DNA of 64,000 bases from an uncultured virus (IMG/VR IMGVR_UViG_3300026549_002462) (taxonomy: Duplodnaviria; Heunggongvirae; Uroviricota; Caudoviricetes): IMG/VR virus record IMGVR_UViG_3300026549_002462, one strand, 5' to 3'. Within the stretch, counting starts at the first letter, position 1; each line of letters begins with the position of its first letter. Shown piece by piece: positions 45,906 to 55,382 of this stretch. The notes under the pieces were generated by a model that saw only the letters and a list, made by a program, of their open reading frames with translations, made no database searches and was not told the origin of the DNA. Both the position numbers and the translations under genes were made by a program.

Positions 45906-47174
45906 TTATTTCAGTTTGAGGCTCTGGATCGCCGCCTTCGCAATCTTCATCGCGGTCTTCTCCTGCGGTGCCTCATACATAATGGCGATCATGTAGTTAT
46001 TGCCTCCGCGTTCAACGATGAACATGTCCACGCATCTGATGCCCGGGTTGCCGTAAGGGTTCTCGGCGCTGGTATAGTCGTAGAGATTGGTCGGCAGGTT
46101 CACATATCCTCTGAAGGCAGCCTTTTCATCCGCCAGGGGCTCACCTTCATAATCGGTGCAGCTTGCTGCAGGATAGTAATGTTTTGAATAATCCGGGTCC
46201 AGGAGCAGTGATATCACGCCGTCTATATAAGTGCCCTGCACGTATTCAGCCGAAAGATCCTTGACGGGCTCTGAAACGCTGAAGACGCCAACGGCCATGC
46301 TGGAATCAGCTTTTATATCCATGCTTGATGTAAGGAACACATTTCCCTTGTTTGCTGCGGCCTGCTGGAACTCTGAAGGCAGTTCAAGAGACAGCTTTCT
46401 GTATTCATATGTAGCAAGAGGCGAGAGCTTGGGCTCTTTATATGCCGCACTTGAGATCATGTAATTAATCATGTCCTGTGCAGTCGTTACCCAGTCAGTA
46501 GGCACCACTGTCATAAGCATTGCCGGAACATCGTTCCATCTGAAGTAACCTGCCACAAGATCAAATCCTTCGATCGAGTATGTGTCGGCAGTAGTCTTGT
46601 CTATCAGGACGACATCGTTCGTCACCTTGAGGCTTGCTGCTGTTTTATCTTCTGTGAACGGAGGGGTCTGTTCGTCGTCTGAAGCAGAGTAGCTGTTAAT
46701 CCAAACATTTCTTCCTTCGTTATACGGGAACGGCAGGCCTGTGATAAATATGCTCATCCGTTTTCCGAAGTCAGACGCTACGTGGTTGAACGGGTCCTGT
46801 TCGCTCTCCAGTGCAGAGCTGTCAAGATCGCATTTCAGATAGAACACGGCACCCGGCAGGTTCTGGTCATCGCCGGGAACATCGTATCTTATACATGTGT
46901 GGTTTACGATGGTCTGCTTCCATGTCTTTGGCACATCGAATGTCATGCAGGCGCTTTCGAAGTCTACGGTCTTATATGTGTATTCCTCAAACGGGTTGTC
47001 TGTCCTTGTGAAAGGTGTTTCCGCAGAGCTTTCTGCAGGCTCGCTATCGGTAATGTCTGCGTCACCGATACCGCCGTATTCACCGTCGTTGTTTCCACAG
47101 GAAGAGAGCGGGACGATCATCAGAGCGGCTGCAAGAGCAAATACGATCAGTTTCTTCAGTTTGGTAGCTATCAT
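45906..47174 (-). CDS. Lipoprotein
   Basis: Signal peptide with lipobox LSSC. Confidence 0.75.
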   Translation of the reverse strand: MIATKLKKLIVFALAAALMIVPLSSCGNNDGEYGGIGDADITDSEPAESSAETPFTRTDNPFEEYTYKTVDFESACMTFDVPKTWKQTIVNHTCIRYDVPGDDQNLPGAVFYLKCDLDSSALESEQDPFNHVASDFGKRMSIFITGLPFPYNEGRNVWINSYSASDDEQTPPFTEDKTAASLKVTNDVVLIDKTTADTYSIEGFDLVAGYFRWNDVPAMLMTVVPTDWVTTAQDMINYMISSAAYKEPKLSPLATYEYRKLSLELPSEFQQAAANKGNVFLTSSMDIKADSSMAVGVFSVSEPVKDLSAEYVQGTYIDGVISLLLDPDYSKHYYPAASCTDYEGEPLADEKAAFRGYVNLPTNLYDYTSAENPYGNPGIRCVDMFIVERGGNNYMIAIMYEAPQEKTAMKIAKAAIQSLKLK

Positions 47175-47310
47175 GTTGAACCTTCTTTCGCATATATGCA
47201 CAATTGGCACTGCTAACTTGTTGGGTTTTTTCTTTTTTGATGGTATGATATCAGAATAACACAAGAAAATACCATTCTTTGAATACTACAATGACGCAAG
47301 GTGAAGGAAA

Positions 47311-48267
47311 ATGTCAACAAGAAACACCGAAAAAAGGAAAAAAAGACGCCGCAGGCGCAAGGTAAAGACTTCTGTCAAGCTCATAACGGCTGTTGTTGTT
47401 CTGGTCCTGAGTCTTGGCACTTATACGGGTATCAGGATATATCAGCTTCGCAACAACCCAGATCCGTACGGAGATATCAGTTCGCAGGATCTGGCGGACG
47501 ATGATTCCTTTACCGTGGCTGACGGGAGTGCGAATTATACAGTCCTGAACCTGGGGCAGGGAGAAGCGATAATAGTCAAGGTCGGCAATGTCGAGGCTCT
47601 AATAGATACGGGACCGGCGGATAAAAGCAAGGAGCTTATGAAGGCTCTTAAAGAAAATGTCTCAGGGCAGCTTGAATATCTTGTTATCACCAGCCCGGCT
47701 CCGGGAAGAACAGGCGGCATAGGCGCGGTCGTGGACGGGATGAGCGTAGGAACGTGCGTCTACTGCGACTTAGGCGAGGAGGGCGGTGAGATCCGAGAAA
47801 AGCTTTTGAAATGCAAAACGGCGTTCCCGGGCAAAGATATGTCTCTTGATATGGGCGTGGACGCAACCTTGTCGATCATAAAGCCTGAGGTATCGTCAAG
47901 CGATGCAAGAGATCAGTCTCTTGTCACGTATTTCACATACGGGACAACAGGATTTGTAGGTTTGTCGGATGCAGGAAAGGAAGAGATATCGAGGGCGTTC
48001 GGGGATATAGTAATGAGCAACGTAGTGGTGCTTTCGCAGTATGGAGCGTCAGAACCGAATATGGCTATCCCTGAAGGTAATTACAGCACAACATTCATTG
48101 CATCTGCTGCAAAGGACTCGGGCGTTCCGACTGAAGAGCTGACGGATCATCTCAAGGGCTCGGTCCTGACTACAAGCAGCGAGGGGAACATAAACCTTGT
48201 ATCTACTGGCAGTGTCGTTGAGAGAGTCCTTCCGGCAGAAGAAGAAACGAAGGACTCTGAGGAATAG
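47311..48267 (+). CDS. ComEC/Rec2-like MBL-fold protein with degenerate active site
   Basis: LNLGQGEAI, LIDTG, YLVITSP...GG. N-terminal TM. Confidence 0.75.
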   Translation: MSTRNTEKRKKRRRRRKVKTSVKLITAVVVLVLSLGTYTGIRIYQLRNNPDPYGDISSQDLADDDSFTVADGSANYTVLNLGQGEAIIVKVGNVEALIDTGPADKSKELMKALKENVSGQLEYLVITSPAPGRTGGIGAVVDGMSVGTCVYCDLGEEGGEIREKLLKCKTAFPGKDMSLDMGVDATLSIIKPEVSSSDARDQSLVTYFTYGTTGFVGLSDAGKEEISRAFGDIVMSNVVVLSQYGASEPNMAIPEGNYSTTFIASAAKDSGVPTEELTDHLKGSVLTTSSEGNINLVSTGSVVERVLPAEEETKDSEE

Positions 48268-48283
48268 CTTCAGGTCGATAGGG

Positions 48284-48310
48284 CCGGGGATAATGCATCC
48301 CCGGTTTTTT
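48284..48310 (+). terminator. Intrinsic terminator
   Basis: CCGGGGAT-aatgc-ATCCCCGG-TTTTTT. Confidence 0.85.
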
Positions 48311-48517
48311 GTTGCTTCCGTACGCTGCATATATTTGCGAAGAAAGTGCACGCTATCGCTATCATACTGCAATAATATAGCAGATTATGTATATTTTAGA
48401 TATTATACTGATAAAATGTTGCGGATAACTATTGCATTTACGCAACAAAGTGAAGTATAATTTCAACATAATAAAGACCAACCAACACAAATTGAAAAAC
48501 ATAGAAAGGCATAGGTT

Positions 48518-49015
48518 ATGAATCAGGTCATATTAATCGGAAGACTGACAAGAGATGTTGAGCTGTCATACACACCATCCACACAGCAGCCGGTAGCAAA
48601 ATTCACCCTCGCTGTAGACAAGCCGAGGCGAGAAGGACAGGACCAGGGTGCTGATTTCATCAGGATCACGGTCTGGGGCAAGCAGGCAGAGACCTGCGAG
48701 CGATATCTGTCAAAGGGAAGACAGGCGGCCGTACAGGGAAGGATCCAGACTGGAAGCTATACAAAGGACGGTGTGACTGTATATACGACTGACGTTGTTG
48801 CCGACAGGGTAGAGTTCCTCGGCGGTGGACAGGGCGGTCAGAGCGGTCAGGAACGCGGACGCGGAAGTGCACCGAGAGACAACGGCCGCACAGGCGGCAG
48901 CGGGAACTCGCGCGCAAACAACAGCTATAACAATCCGGACAGCAGATTCGGATTCAACGACTTCGACGATCTTCCGGATACTTTCGAAGCAGCAGAAGAT
49001 GACATCCCGTTCTAA
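48518..49015 (+). CDS. ssb: Canonical single-stranded DNA-binding protein
   Basis: MNQVILIGRLTRD...DDIPF. Confidence 0.95.
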   Translation: MNQVILIGRLTRDVELSYTPSTQQPVAKFTLAVDKPRREGQDQGADFIRITVWGKQAETCERYLSKGRQAAVQGRIQTGSYTKDGVTVYTTDVVADRVEFLGGGQGGQSGQERGRGSAPRDNGRTGGSGNSRANNSYNNPDSRFGFNDFDDLPDTFEAAEDDIPF

Positions 49016-49052
49016 GCAGACGGGAACCGGATAGGAAGGAGCTACGGTCGGC

Positions 49053-49301
49053 ATGAATGAAAATGTAACACTTTCTCTTTACGCCGCTCGCGTTAACGCT
49101 GGGATGTCAAGGGCGTTTGTGGCGGATGAGCTTGGTATTTCCGCCGGTACTCTCGGAAAGTATGAGAAGGGAGAGATCGAACCGGGATCGATCGTGTTTG
49201 TACAGATGTGCAAGCTTTACGGCGTGCCGTGCGAGATGATCCGGTTCGAAGAGCGCCTGATAAAGCGCAGAGAGAAAAAGATGAAGAAGGGAGATATCTG
49301 A
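49053..49301 (+). CDS. XRE/Cro-like HTH protein
   Basis: AARVNAGMSR..VA..LGIS..TL.KYEKG. Confidence 0.85.
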   Translation: MNENVTLSLYAARVNAGMSRAFVADELGISAGTLGKYEKGEIEPGSIVFVQMCKLYGVPCEMIRFEERLIKRREKKMKKGDI

Positions 49302-49302
49302 T

Positions 49303-49548
49303 ATGAAGGAAAGGCTCATGGTAAGGGGCAAGCGCCACTGGGTCGCCGACAAGGACGGTAAAGTGCTCCTCGGCAATTATGACACCTATCAGGACGCAAG
49401 GAATGCCCTGGTCGAAATGGAACGCGTTGATAAGGAAAATGGTATATATGTCGCAAGATTCTATACCGTAGTGGAGGGATTTCTCAACACGCTGAGGCTT
49501 AACGGCTACACTGCGATAGAAGACATTTACCTCTGTACGGACCTTTAG
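49303..49548 (+). CDS. Hypothetical protein
   Basis: Tightly packed ORF with RBS. Confidence 0.6.
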   Translation: MKERLMVRGKRHWVADKDGKVLLGNYDTYQDARNALVEMERVDKENGIYVARFYTVVEGFLNTLRLNGYTAIEDIYLCTDL

Positions 49549-49559
49549 GAGACAAGGCA

Positions 49560-50420
49560 ATGTTCGAAAAGATTTATACGGTAGACAAAAGCGGAGCTCA
49601 GCACAAGCTGTCAGCTCAGGACCTCAGAATCATGGTCAACAATGATCAGGTGTCCGATCTGAACCTCATATACAGGGCGAATACGAAAAAGGCCTTCGCA
49701 GCGTTCAGACTTACATCCTGGCTGGACAGGGACAAGGCCGAAAAGGGCATCCGCGAGCGCGTCGTGAAGTTCCTTGTAGAGGTAGGCGCGTATGATCCAA
49801 GCAAGCCGAAGGGGCAGCGACAGAAAGAGTATATCCAGATCTTCATGGATGAAGATGAATTCTCTTACTTCTGCGGGCTTCTTAAGGGCGGAAGGATCAT
49901 GGATGTAATGGAGAGAAAGGAGAGGAGCGGCGACAGGGTCCCGTATCTTCTTCATAACGGAAAGGGCGATGCCAAGAGGCTGAGGATCTACAGGGGCAGC
50001 AAGATGCCTGTGATCCTGGAGGCCGCGCAGGGTCCCGGAAAACTCGGTGAAAACGGACAGACGCTTCCTGATGCCTGGGAGGGCGCGAACAAGGATAAGG
50101 TCCGCAAGACAATGATAGGCCTTTCCGAACAGGAAATCGGAAAGATCGGCGCTGCCGGGGAAAGAGCTCTGTCGATCCTGGACATGTGGAGAGCTTTCGG
50201 CAGAGAAGAGGAAAATCTCAGCCTTATCAACATAAGAAAAGAGGGGCGAAAAAACGACAGTGCCGGGCGCTACGATGGACGCAGCTCCTACAGAGAACAG
50301 GGGAGCGGACAGTCGGGGCAGGGCTACGGCAGCTATGCTGCAAAGGGTTCAGGCCCACGTGGCGGAGCCCGGGAAAGCAGCTACTACGAAAACAGCTATG
50401 CCTCCGGACAGGGCTGGTAG
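49560..50420 (+). CDS. Hypothetical protein with G/S/Y-rich tail
   Basis: 286 aa ORF with AGGAG RBS. Confidence 0.65.
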   Translation: MFEKIYTVDKSGAQHKLSAQDLRIMVNNDQVSDLNLIYRANTKKAFAAFRLTSWLDRDKAEKGIRERVVKFLVEVGAYDPSKPKGQRQKEYIQIFMDEDEFSYFCGLLKGGRIMDVMERKERSGDRVPYLLHNGKGDAKRLRIYRGSKMPVILEAAQGPGKLGENGQTLPDAWEGANKDKVRKTMIGLSEQEIGKIGAAGERALSILDMWRAFGREEENLSLINIRKEGRKNDSAGRYDGRSSYREQGSGQSGQGYGSYAAKGSGPRGGARESSYYENSYASGQGW

Positions 50421-50472
50421 CAATTCTTTTCCATAGTACACGAGTTTGCGGTCTCGTCAAAACCGCCTTGTG

Positions 50473-50511
50473 GTCCCGGTGGATGTGAGCAGGTTCGACT
50501 CCTGCAGGGAC
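50473..50511 (+). ncRNA. tRNA-like minihelix (T-arm plus short acceptor-like stem)
   Basis: GTCCC...GCAGG-TTCGACT-CCTGC-A-GGGAC. Confidence 0.45.
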
Positions 50512-50527
50512 AAATGGGGCATAAAAG

Positions 50528-50983
50528 ATGAAGAAGAAAAAGAAAAAAAGCAATAAGAAGGTTATTGACAAGACCACTGTACTTAAGACAAGGGCTGAAA
50601 TGACGGATGAGGAATATTCAAGGCTGTCAAACAAAGCTGAGGGCAGACTGCAGGAATACCTCTTCTCTGTTTCTTCCCCTGATATGTCAGTGTCAAGCAG
50701 GGCCAAAGTGACGGGTGTGATCGCTGAAGAGTTCAGGATCAGGCTTGCAACCGACGAAGCGTTCTTCAATAAGATCAACGGTTTTGTGAACGGCAGGCCG
50801 ACTGCCACGCCTGCGGAGAGGACGGAGTTTTTCTTCGGTGTCGTGCAGGAGATCTGCAGACAGAACAGAGTGAAACAAAAGCTTGCCGAAAGATACCCGG
50901 ATGCCTACAGGCTGCCGGAGAACAGAAGAAAGGCAGGCAGAAAGCGCAGGGTCTTCAAGGACCTTTCGGGCAGCTATCGCTGA
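50528..50983 (+). CDS. Hypothetical basic protein
   Basis: 151 aa ORF. Confidence 0.6.
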   Translation: MKKKKKKSNKKVIDKTTVLKTRAEMTDEEYSRLSNKAEGRLQEYLFSVSSPDMSVSSRAKVTGVIAEEFRIRLATDEAFFNKINGFVNGRPTATPAERTEFFFGVVQEICRQNRVKQKLAERYPDAYRLPENRRKAGRKRRVFKDLSGSYR

Positions 50984-51118
50984 TAGCTGATATGGTTTCA
51001 ACTGGCGGGGCGGCATATATTGTCGTAATTAATTCTCCAAAATAACGAAAAGCGCATATATCTAAAAAATATCAACCCAACACCGCTGCCCCGTCACGCG
51101 AATATATGCAAATGCAAA

Positions 51119-52876
51119 ATGGTAACAATACAGCAGATATCCAAAGAGTATATAAGGCTGAGTTTTGTCAGTTACTATCACTATGTGATACGTGACAACA
51201 GGCTTGAGGATATACCGGGCGTTGTAAGGTGTGACGCCAGGAAGTATTGTGTTGTTCCTTTGAGCAGCCTGCCCTTCATAAGAGCAGAGTTCGATGGGGA
51301 AATCTATTACAAGACTCCGTTGTGGAAGCTCCTCGGCCAGAGCGAGCCTGAAAAGGCCGAGATAAAGTTCTTCGGACCGGAGCCTGATGTCCCTTCTCTC
51401 GCTCTTAAGCCGTATGAGTATCAGAACGAGGGAATAAAGTTCATGATCGACAGGCTCAATAATGAAGGCTTCGTACTGAACGGCGATGGGGTAGGGCTTG
51501 GCAAAACACTCCAGACTATCGGAACGATCAAGTGGTTCGTGGAAAACAGGGGCGCGAGAAAGATACTCATCATCTGTAAGAAGTCCATCAAGACTCAGTG
51601 GTCAGAAGAGATACGGCGTATTGCTGACTGGCAGAAGGTGCCTATCTTCGTCACGGGAAGCACCAAGAAAAAACGCAGTGAAGCGTATGAGGGAATAAGA
51701 AATTCCAGGACGGGGATACTTATAACGAATTACCATAGCTTTCTCAATGATTCGGAAGAGATCAACACGGTCAACTATGACATCTGCGTGATTGATGAAG
51801 CGCATTGCATAAAAGGCAAGGACGGTAAGATGAACAACCTCATCGCAGAGACCGTAAGCGGAAAGAGAACGATCCTTCTCACGGGCACTCCGATAATGTC
51901 AAGACCCGAAGATATCTACGGCATCGTGAGCATGGTATCACCAAACTTCTTCGGGACGTACGATGCATTCGAGGCCAGATACATGCGAATGGCTGACGGC
52001 AAGTTCGGAAGGCAGATGTTCGGCGTTTGGCACCTTGATGAACTTCAGGAGAAGATACAGCGCTTTCTGATAATGCGCAGTGCTGAAGATGTGGCTCTGG
52101 AACTTCCGAAGAGGAAGCTAAAGTGCATAACCTGCGAGATGGATTCCCTGCAGAAGCGGATGCATGAGATCGTTTCAGAAAGGATAGAACGTATAAACGA
52201 GGAGCTTGATAAGGTCGAGCTCAGCGGGATGCCTCATGAAGAGAAGCTTGCAATGAAGGCAGAGATCGCAAAGAAGATCAATGCGTACAACGCGCCGCTT
52301 CAGTTCATAGCCGACGATCCATCCATCTTCCGTTACAGAGACTGGAAAAAGGGGACTGTAAATTATCAGCTGGCCAGGAAGCTTCCCGCGAGCTACAGGA
52401 TGTCCGAAAAGACCGCAGCACTTCTGGATCTTGTCAGCGAGATAGTAAATGCGGGCGAGAAGGCTATCATCTTCTGTCACTGGGAAACTTCCACGAAGAT
52501 GCTGTGTGACAGGCTGGAGCAGAACAAGATAACAGTCGTGAGGTATACAGGCAGAGAGGACGATGAGGAACGTGCTGCGAATGTTGATGCGTTTAAAAGC
52601 GATCCTTCCGTAAATGTCATGATAGGCACAGACGCTATGGCCGAGGGTCTGAACCTTCAGGTCTGTCCGTTTCTCATCAATTACGAACAGGCAGATACTG
52701 ACGCTCTCAAGGACCAGCGCTCGGGTCGTATACGCAGGATCGGGTCCAGATATGAGTCTGTATATATCATCGACCTTGTGACAAAAGAGAAGGATTCAAA
52801 GGATGTAAAGAAAATGCGGAAGATGACGAGGGATGGGGATATGTCCTCGGGGATCCTTGTTCAGGCGACCGCATAG
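51119..52876 (+). CDS. SNF2-family helicase
   Basis: GDGVGLGKT, DEAH, LTGTP, AEGLNLQ, QRSGRIRRIG. Confidence 0.9.
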   Translation: MVTIQQISKEYIRLSFVSYYHYVIRDNRLEDIPGVVRCDARKYCVVPLSSLPFIRAEFDGEIYYKTPLWKLLGQSEPEKAEIKFFGPEPDVPSLALKPYEYQNEGIKFMIDRLNNEGFVLNGDGVGLGKTLQTIGTIKWFVENRGARKILIICKKSIKTQWSEEIRRIADWQKVPIFVTGSTKKKRSEAYEGIRNSRTGILITNYHSFLNDSEEINTVNYDICVIDEAHCIKGKDGKMNNLIAETVSGKRTILLTGTPIMSRPEDIYGIVSMVSPNFFGTYDAFEARYMRMADGKFGRQMFGVWHLDELQEKIQRFLIMRSAEDVALELPKRKLKCITCEMDSLQKRMHEIVSERIERINEELDKVELSGMPHEEKLAMKAEIAKKINAYNAPLQFIADDPSIFRYRDWKKGTVNYQLARKLPASYRMSEKTAALLDLVSEIVNAGEKAIIFCHWETSTKMLCDRLEQNKITVVRYTGREDDEERAANVDAFKSDPSVNVMIGTDAMAEGLNLQVCPFLINYEQADTDALKDQRSGRIRRIGSRYESVYIIDLVTKEKDSKDVKKMRKMTRDGDMSSGILVQATA

Positions 52877-52892
52877 GCGGGAGGGACCGAAT

Positions 52893-53186
52893 ATGCTGCC
52901 ACTCGGAAACAATATAAGGCGGATGCTCAGGAAAAAGAAGATGAGCAGGCGTGAGCTCGGTGATCTGCTCGGGGTCTGTGAGGGCTCGGTATCACGGTAC
53001 ATCTACGGTGAGCGTGAGCCGAATCTTTCCCAGCTTGTAAAGATGGCAGATATATTCGGGGTCTCTCTTGACTGGCTCATCACAGGGAAGGAGGCTGCGG
53101 ACAGAGAGCGGCTTCTTCCTGCGAAAAAGTATGTGTTGACCGTTGAGGGAAGCATGTTTCTCGAAGAGGTTATACACGAACAGTAG
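52893..53186 (+). CDS. XRE-family HTH regulator
   Basis: LGNNIRR..MSRRELG..LGV....SRY..G.REP...FGVSLDWL. Confidence 0.85.
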   Translation: MLPLGNNIRRMLRKKKMSRRELGDLLGVCEGSVSRYIYGEREPNLSQLVKMADIFGVSLDWLITGKEAADRERLLPAKKYVLTVEGSMFLEEVIHEQ

Positions 53187-53221
53187 AAGCCGCGCCCTAT
53201 TCGGCAAGGGGCGCAAGTTTT

Positions 53222-53290
53222 GACAGGCGCCGGTGTGGAGACTCTTTTGTCTGATCTCGTCTCCTGCGGTTCGACTCCGCAGACTGTCCA
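53222..53290 (+). ncRNA. D-arm-less tRNA-like RNA 1
   Basis: Acceptor GACAGgC/GaCTGTC, hairpin GGAGAC/GTCTCC, T-arm TGCGG-TTCGACT-CCGCA. Confidence 0.55.
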
Positions 53291-53333
53291 TGCTTTAGAA
53301 GCCCGCCGCATGCGCAAGACGGCGGGCGATACG

Positions 53334-53400
53334 GCGGACGCAGGATTGCCATCCCTTCGTGGTGTCTTTCATAATGCGGGGTTCGATTCCCCGGTCCGCG
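53334..53400 (+). ncRNA. D-arm-less tRNA-like RNA 2
   Basis: Acceptor GCGGAC/GTCCGC, T-arm CGGGG-TTCGATT-CCCCG. Confidence 0.55.
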
Positions 53401-53489
53401 AACCCGGCGGGAAAGCTGCCTTATGGCTGCAGCTCCCTGCTAACAAAGGGCATTTCGCCATAAAACGAAATAACCGCCGGACCCCTCAT

Positions 53490-53564
53490 CGGGATGTGGC
53501 GCATCGGATGCGCTCCTGGTCGGGGACCAGAAGGGAGCAGGTTCAACTCCTGCCATCTCGACCA
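53490..53564 (+). tRNA. tRNA-Pro (GGG), atypical
   Basis: CGGGATG/CATCTCG acceptor, GCGC D-stem, anticodon loop TCGGGGA, GCAGG-TTCAACT-CCTGC T-arm, encoded ACCA. Confidence 0.8.
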
Positions 53565-53658
53565 TCCGGTTTGATCGAGCCGGAAATCATTAGTCATAAG
53601 GATCGCATATTCAAAAGTCTTCTGACTGACATACAGCAAAACTCACAACCTTTATGTT

Positions 53659-54020
53659 GTCAACTACCCACCGCTTAGACTGACGTCTTGAAGCGGGGGC
53701 TTGTGAAAACAAGTCAGTTGATTAGCCTGAGTGCTCAGGGCACTACGTTATCTGCGAATAACGATATAAGGAATCCTCCCGCATAGCGGGTCCCTCCTTG
53801 TATCAAGCATAGGTACCCCGGGATGCTCCACAAGTCCCGGGCACTACGGATATGCGTTAAACATCGGTGATGGGCAGCCGAAGTGCGTATATCATCAAAC
53901 CGCGGAATAACATTGGCGATGTGGACACCGCCCTTCGGGGCGAGGATCCGTATACACGCCTCTTCGGAGACACGGTATGCGGAAAGCCGTAAGGCAGCAT
54001 GTTAGCACTAAAAAAACAGA
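53659..54020 (+). ncRNA. omegaRNA (HEARO-type) scaffold of IscB1
   Basis: GTCAAC...GTTGATTAGCCT.AG..CTACGTTA...AACATTGGCGA motifs and nested hairpins upstream of iscB. Confidence 0.85.
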
Positions 54021-54032
54021 AAGGAGGAGCAC

Positions 54033-55382
54033 ATGACGACTTTCGTTATATCGGCAGAAGGCGAAAAGCTGATGCCGACAACAAATATCAAAAAAATCCG
54101 AAAGCTCCTCCGATCAGGAAGAGCCAAGATCGTGAAGCACGCGCCGTTCACCGTGCAGCTTCTGTACGAGAGCGGAAACGCCGTGCAGCCAATCGAGTTT
54201 ACGGAAGATACCGGCTATCAGTATATCGGAGTCTCTCTCAAATCGGAGAAGCACGAATACGTGAGCGCCGAGTATACGCTTCTTAAGAACGAGAAGCAGC
54301 ATCACGACGATCAGCGTCGCGAGGTAAGACGCCCGCGTCGCAACAGAAAACGCTACCGCAAGGCGCGCTTCGACAACAGAAGAAAGTCTGAAGGCTGGCT
54401 CGCTCCGTCGCTCAGAAACAAGGCGGACCGCCATGTAGATATCTTCAAGATGTACTGCGAGGTATGCCCGATAACAAGCGTCACGCTCGAGATTGGACAG
54501 TTCGACCCGGCGGTGCTCGATGCTGTAGAGCAAGGCAAGCCCTTGCCGGAAGGCGTTGATTACCAATACGGGCCGCGTTACGGATACGACACGCTGAGAG
54601 AAGCAGTCTTCGCAAGAGACGGTTACAGATGCCTCTGCTGCGGTAAATCAGTTATAGAAGACGGCACCGCTCTCAGGCTCCATCATGTGGGCTTTCGCAC
54701 GGGCGACAGATCGAACAGGCTCGGCAACCTCGCATCAGTATGCGAGAAATGCCACAGCCCGAAGAACCATAAACCCGGCGGAAAACTGTGGGATATGGCA
54801 CCTCCTAAAGGCACGGCATCCGCAGCGTACATGAACATCGTCAGGTGGCATATCTACGAGGGAGTCAAGGCGTTTGGCGTAGACACACATATAACCTATG
54901 GTGCCGTAACGAAGCGCACAAGACGTGATCTCAACATCGGAAAGTCACACGCGAATGATGCCTACTGCATCGGCAGCATGAGACCGAAACGCCGCACGAA
55001 GACGCAATACTTTGAAAAGCGCCGCCGCAACAACCGCATACTCGAGAAGTTCTATGACGCGAAATATGTGGACATACGTGATGGCAAAACAAAGAAGGCG
55101 GCGGAACTCGGGTGTAACCGCACCTCAAGATCGATACCGCGAAGCAATCCGCAGAACGAGCGCGTCTTCCGCGGGGAGAAGGTGTCGAACGGCAGACGCA
55201 GTATACGCGCTCAGAGGTATCTGTACCAGCCGGACGACATTATCATCTTCGGCGGCAAGAAGCGCATGGTCAAGGGTACGCATAACAAGGGCGCAAGCGT
55301 ACAGCTTATCGGAGGAGGCGATATTTCGCCGAGAAAGATAAAACTTCATCACCACGCTGGTGGCTGGAGACAAGTAGTTTAA
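54033..55382 (+). CDS. iscB: RNA-guided endonuclease IscB
   Basis: KLMP (PLMP), RuvC-I DTG, RRxRR, RuvC-II E, HNH (HH...N...CxxCH), RuvC-III H..DA. Confidence 0.93.
   Translation: MTTFVISAEGEKLMPTTNIKKIRKLLRSGRAKIVKHAPFTVQLLYESGNAVQPIEFTEDTGYQYIGVSLKSEKHEYVSAEYTLLKNEKQHHDDQRREVRRPRRNRKRYRKARFDNRRKSEGWLAPSLRNKADRHVDIFKMYCEVCPITSVTLEIGQFDPAVLDAVEQGKPLPEGVDYQYGPRYGYDTLREAVFARDGYRCLCCGKSVIEDGTALRLHHVGFRTGDRSNRLGNLASVCEKCHSPKNHKPGGKLWDMAPPKGTASAAYMNIVRWHIYEGVKAFGVDTHITYGAVTKRTRRDLNIGKSHANDAYCIGSMRPKRRTKTQYFEKRRRNNRILEKFYDAKYVDIRDGKTKKAAELGCNRTSRSIPRSNPQNERVFRGEKVSNGRRSIRAQRYLYQPDDIIIFGGKKRMVKGTHNKGASVQLIGGGDISPRKIKLHHHAGGWRQVV

Noticed and set aside
48417..48461. Frpo-like ssDNA promoter upstream of the second ssb
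   Set aside because: Only a 7-bp inverted repeat (TGTTGCG/CGCAACA) flanks the -35 of an ordinary TTGCAT-18-TATAAT promoter. An operator is the simpler reading.
53220..53678. 152-aa ORF over the tRNA cluster
   Set aside because: TTG start, no recognisable motifs, and it overlaps a tRNA and structured RNAs.
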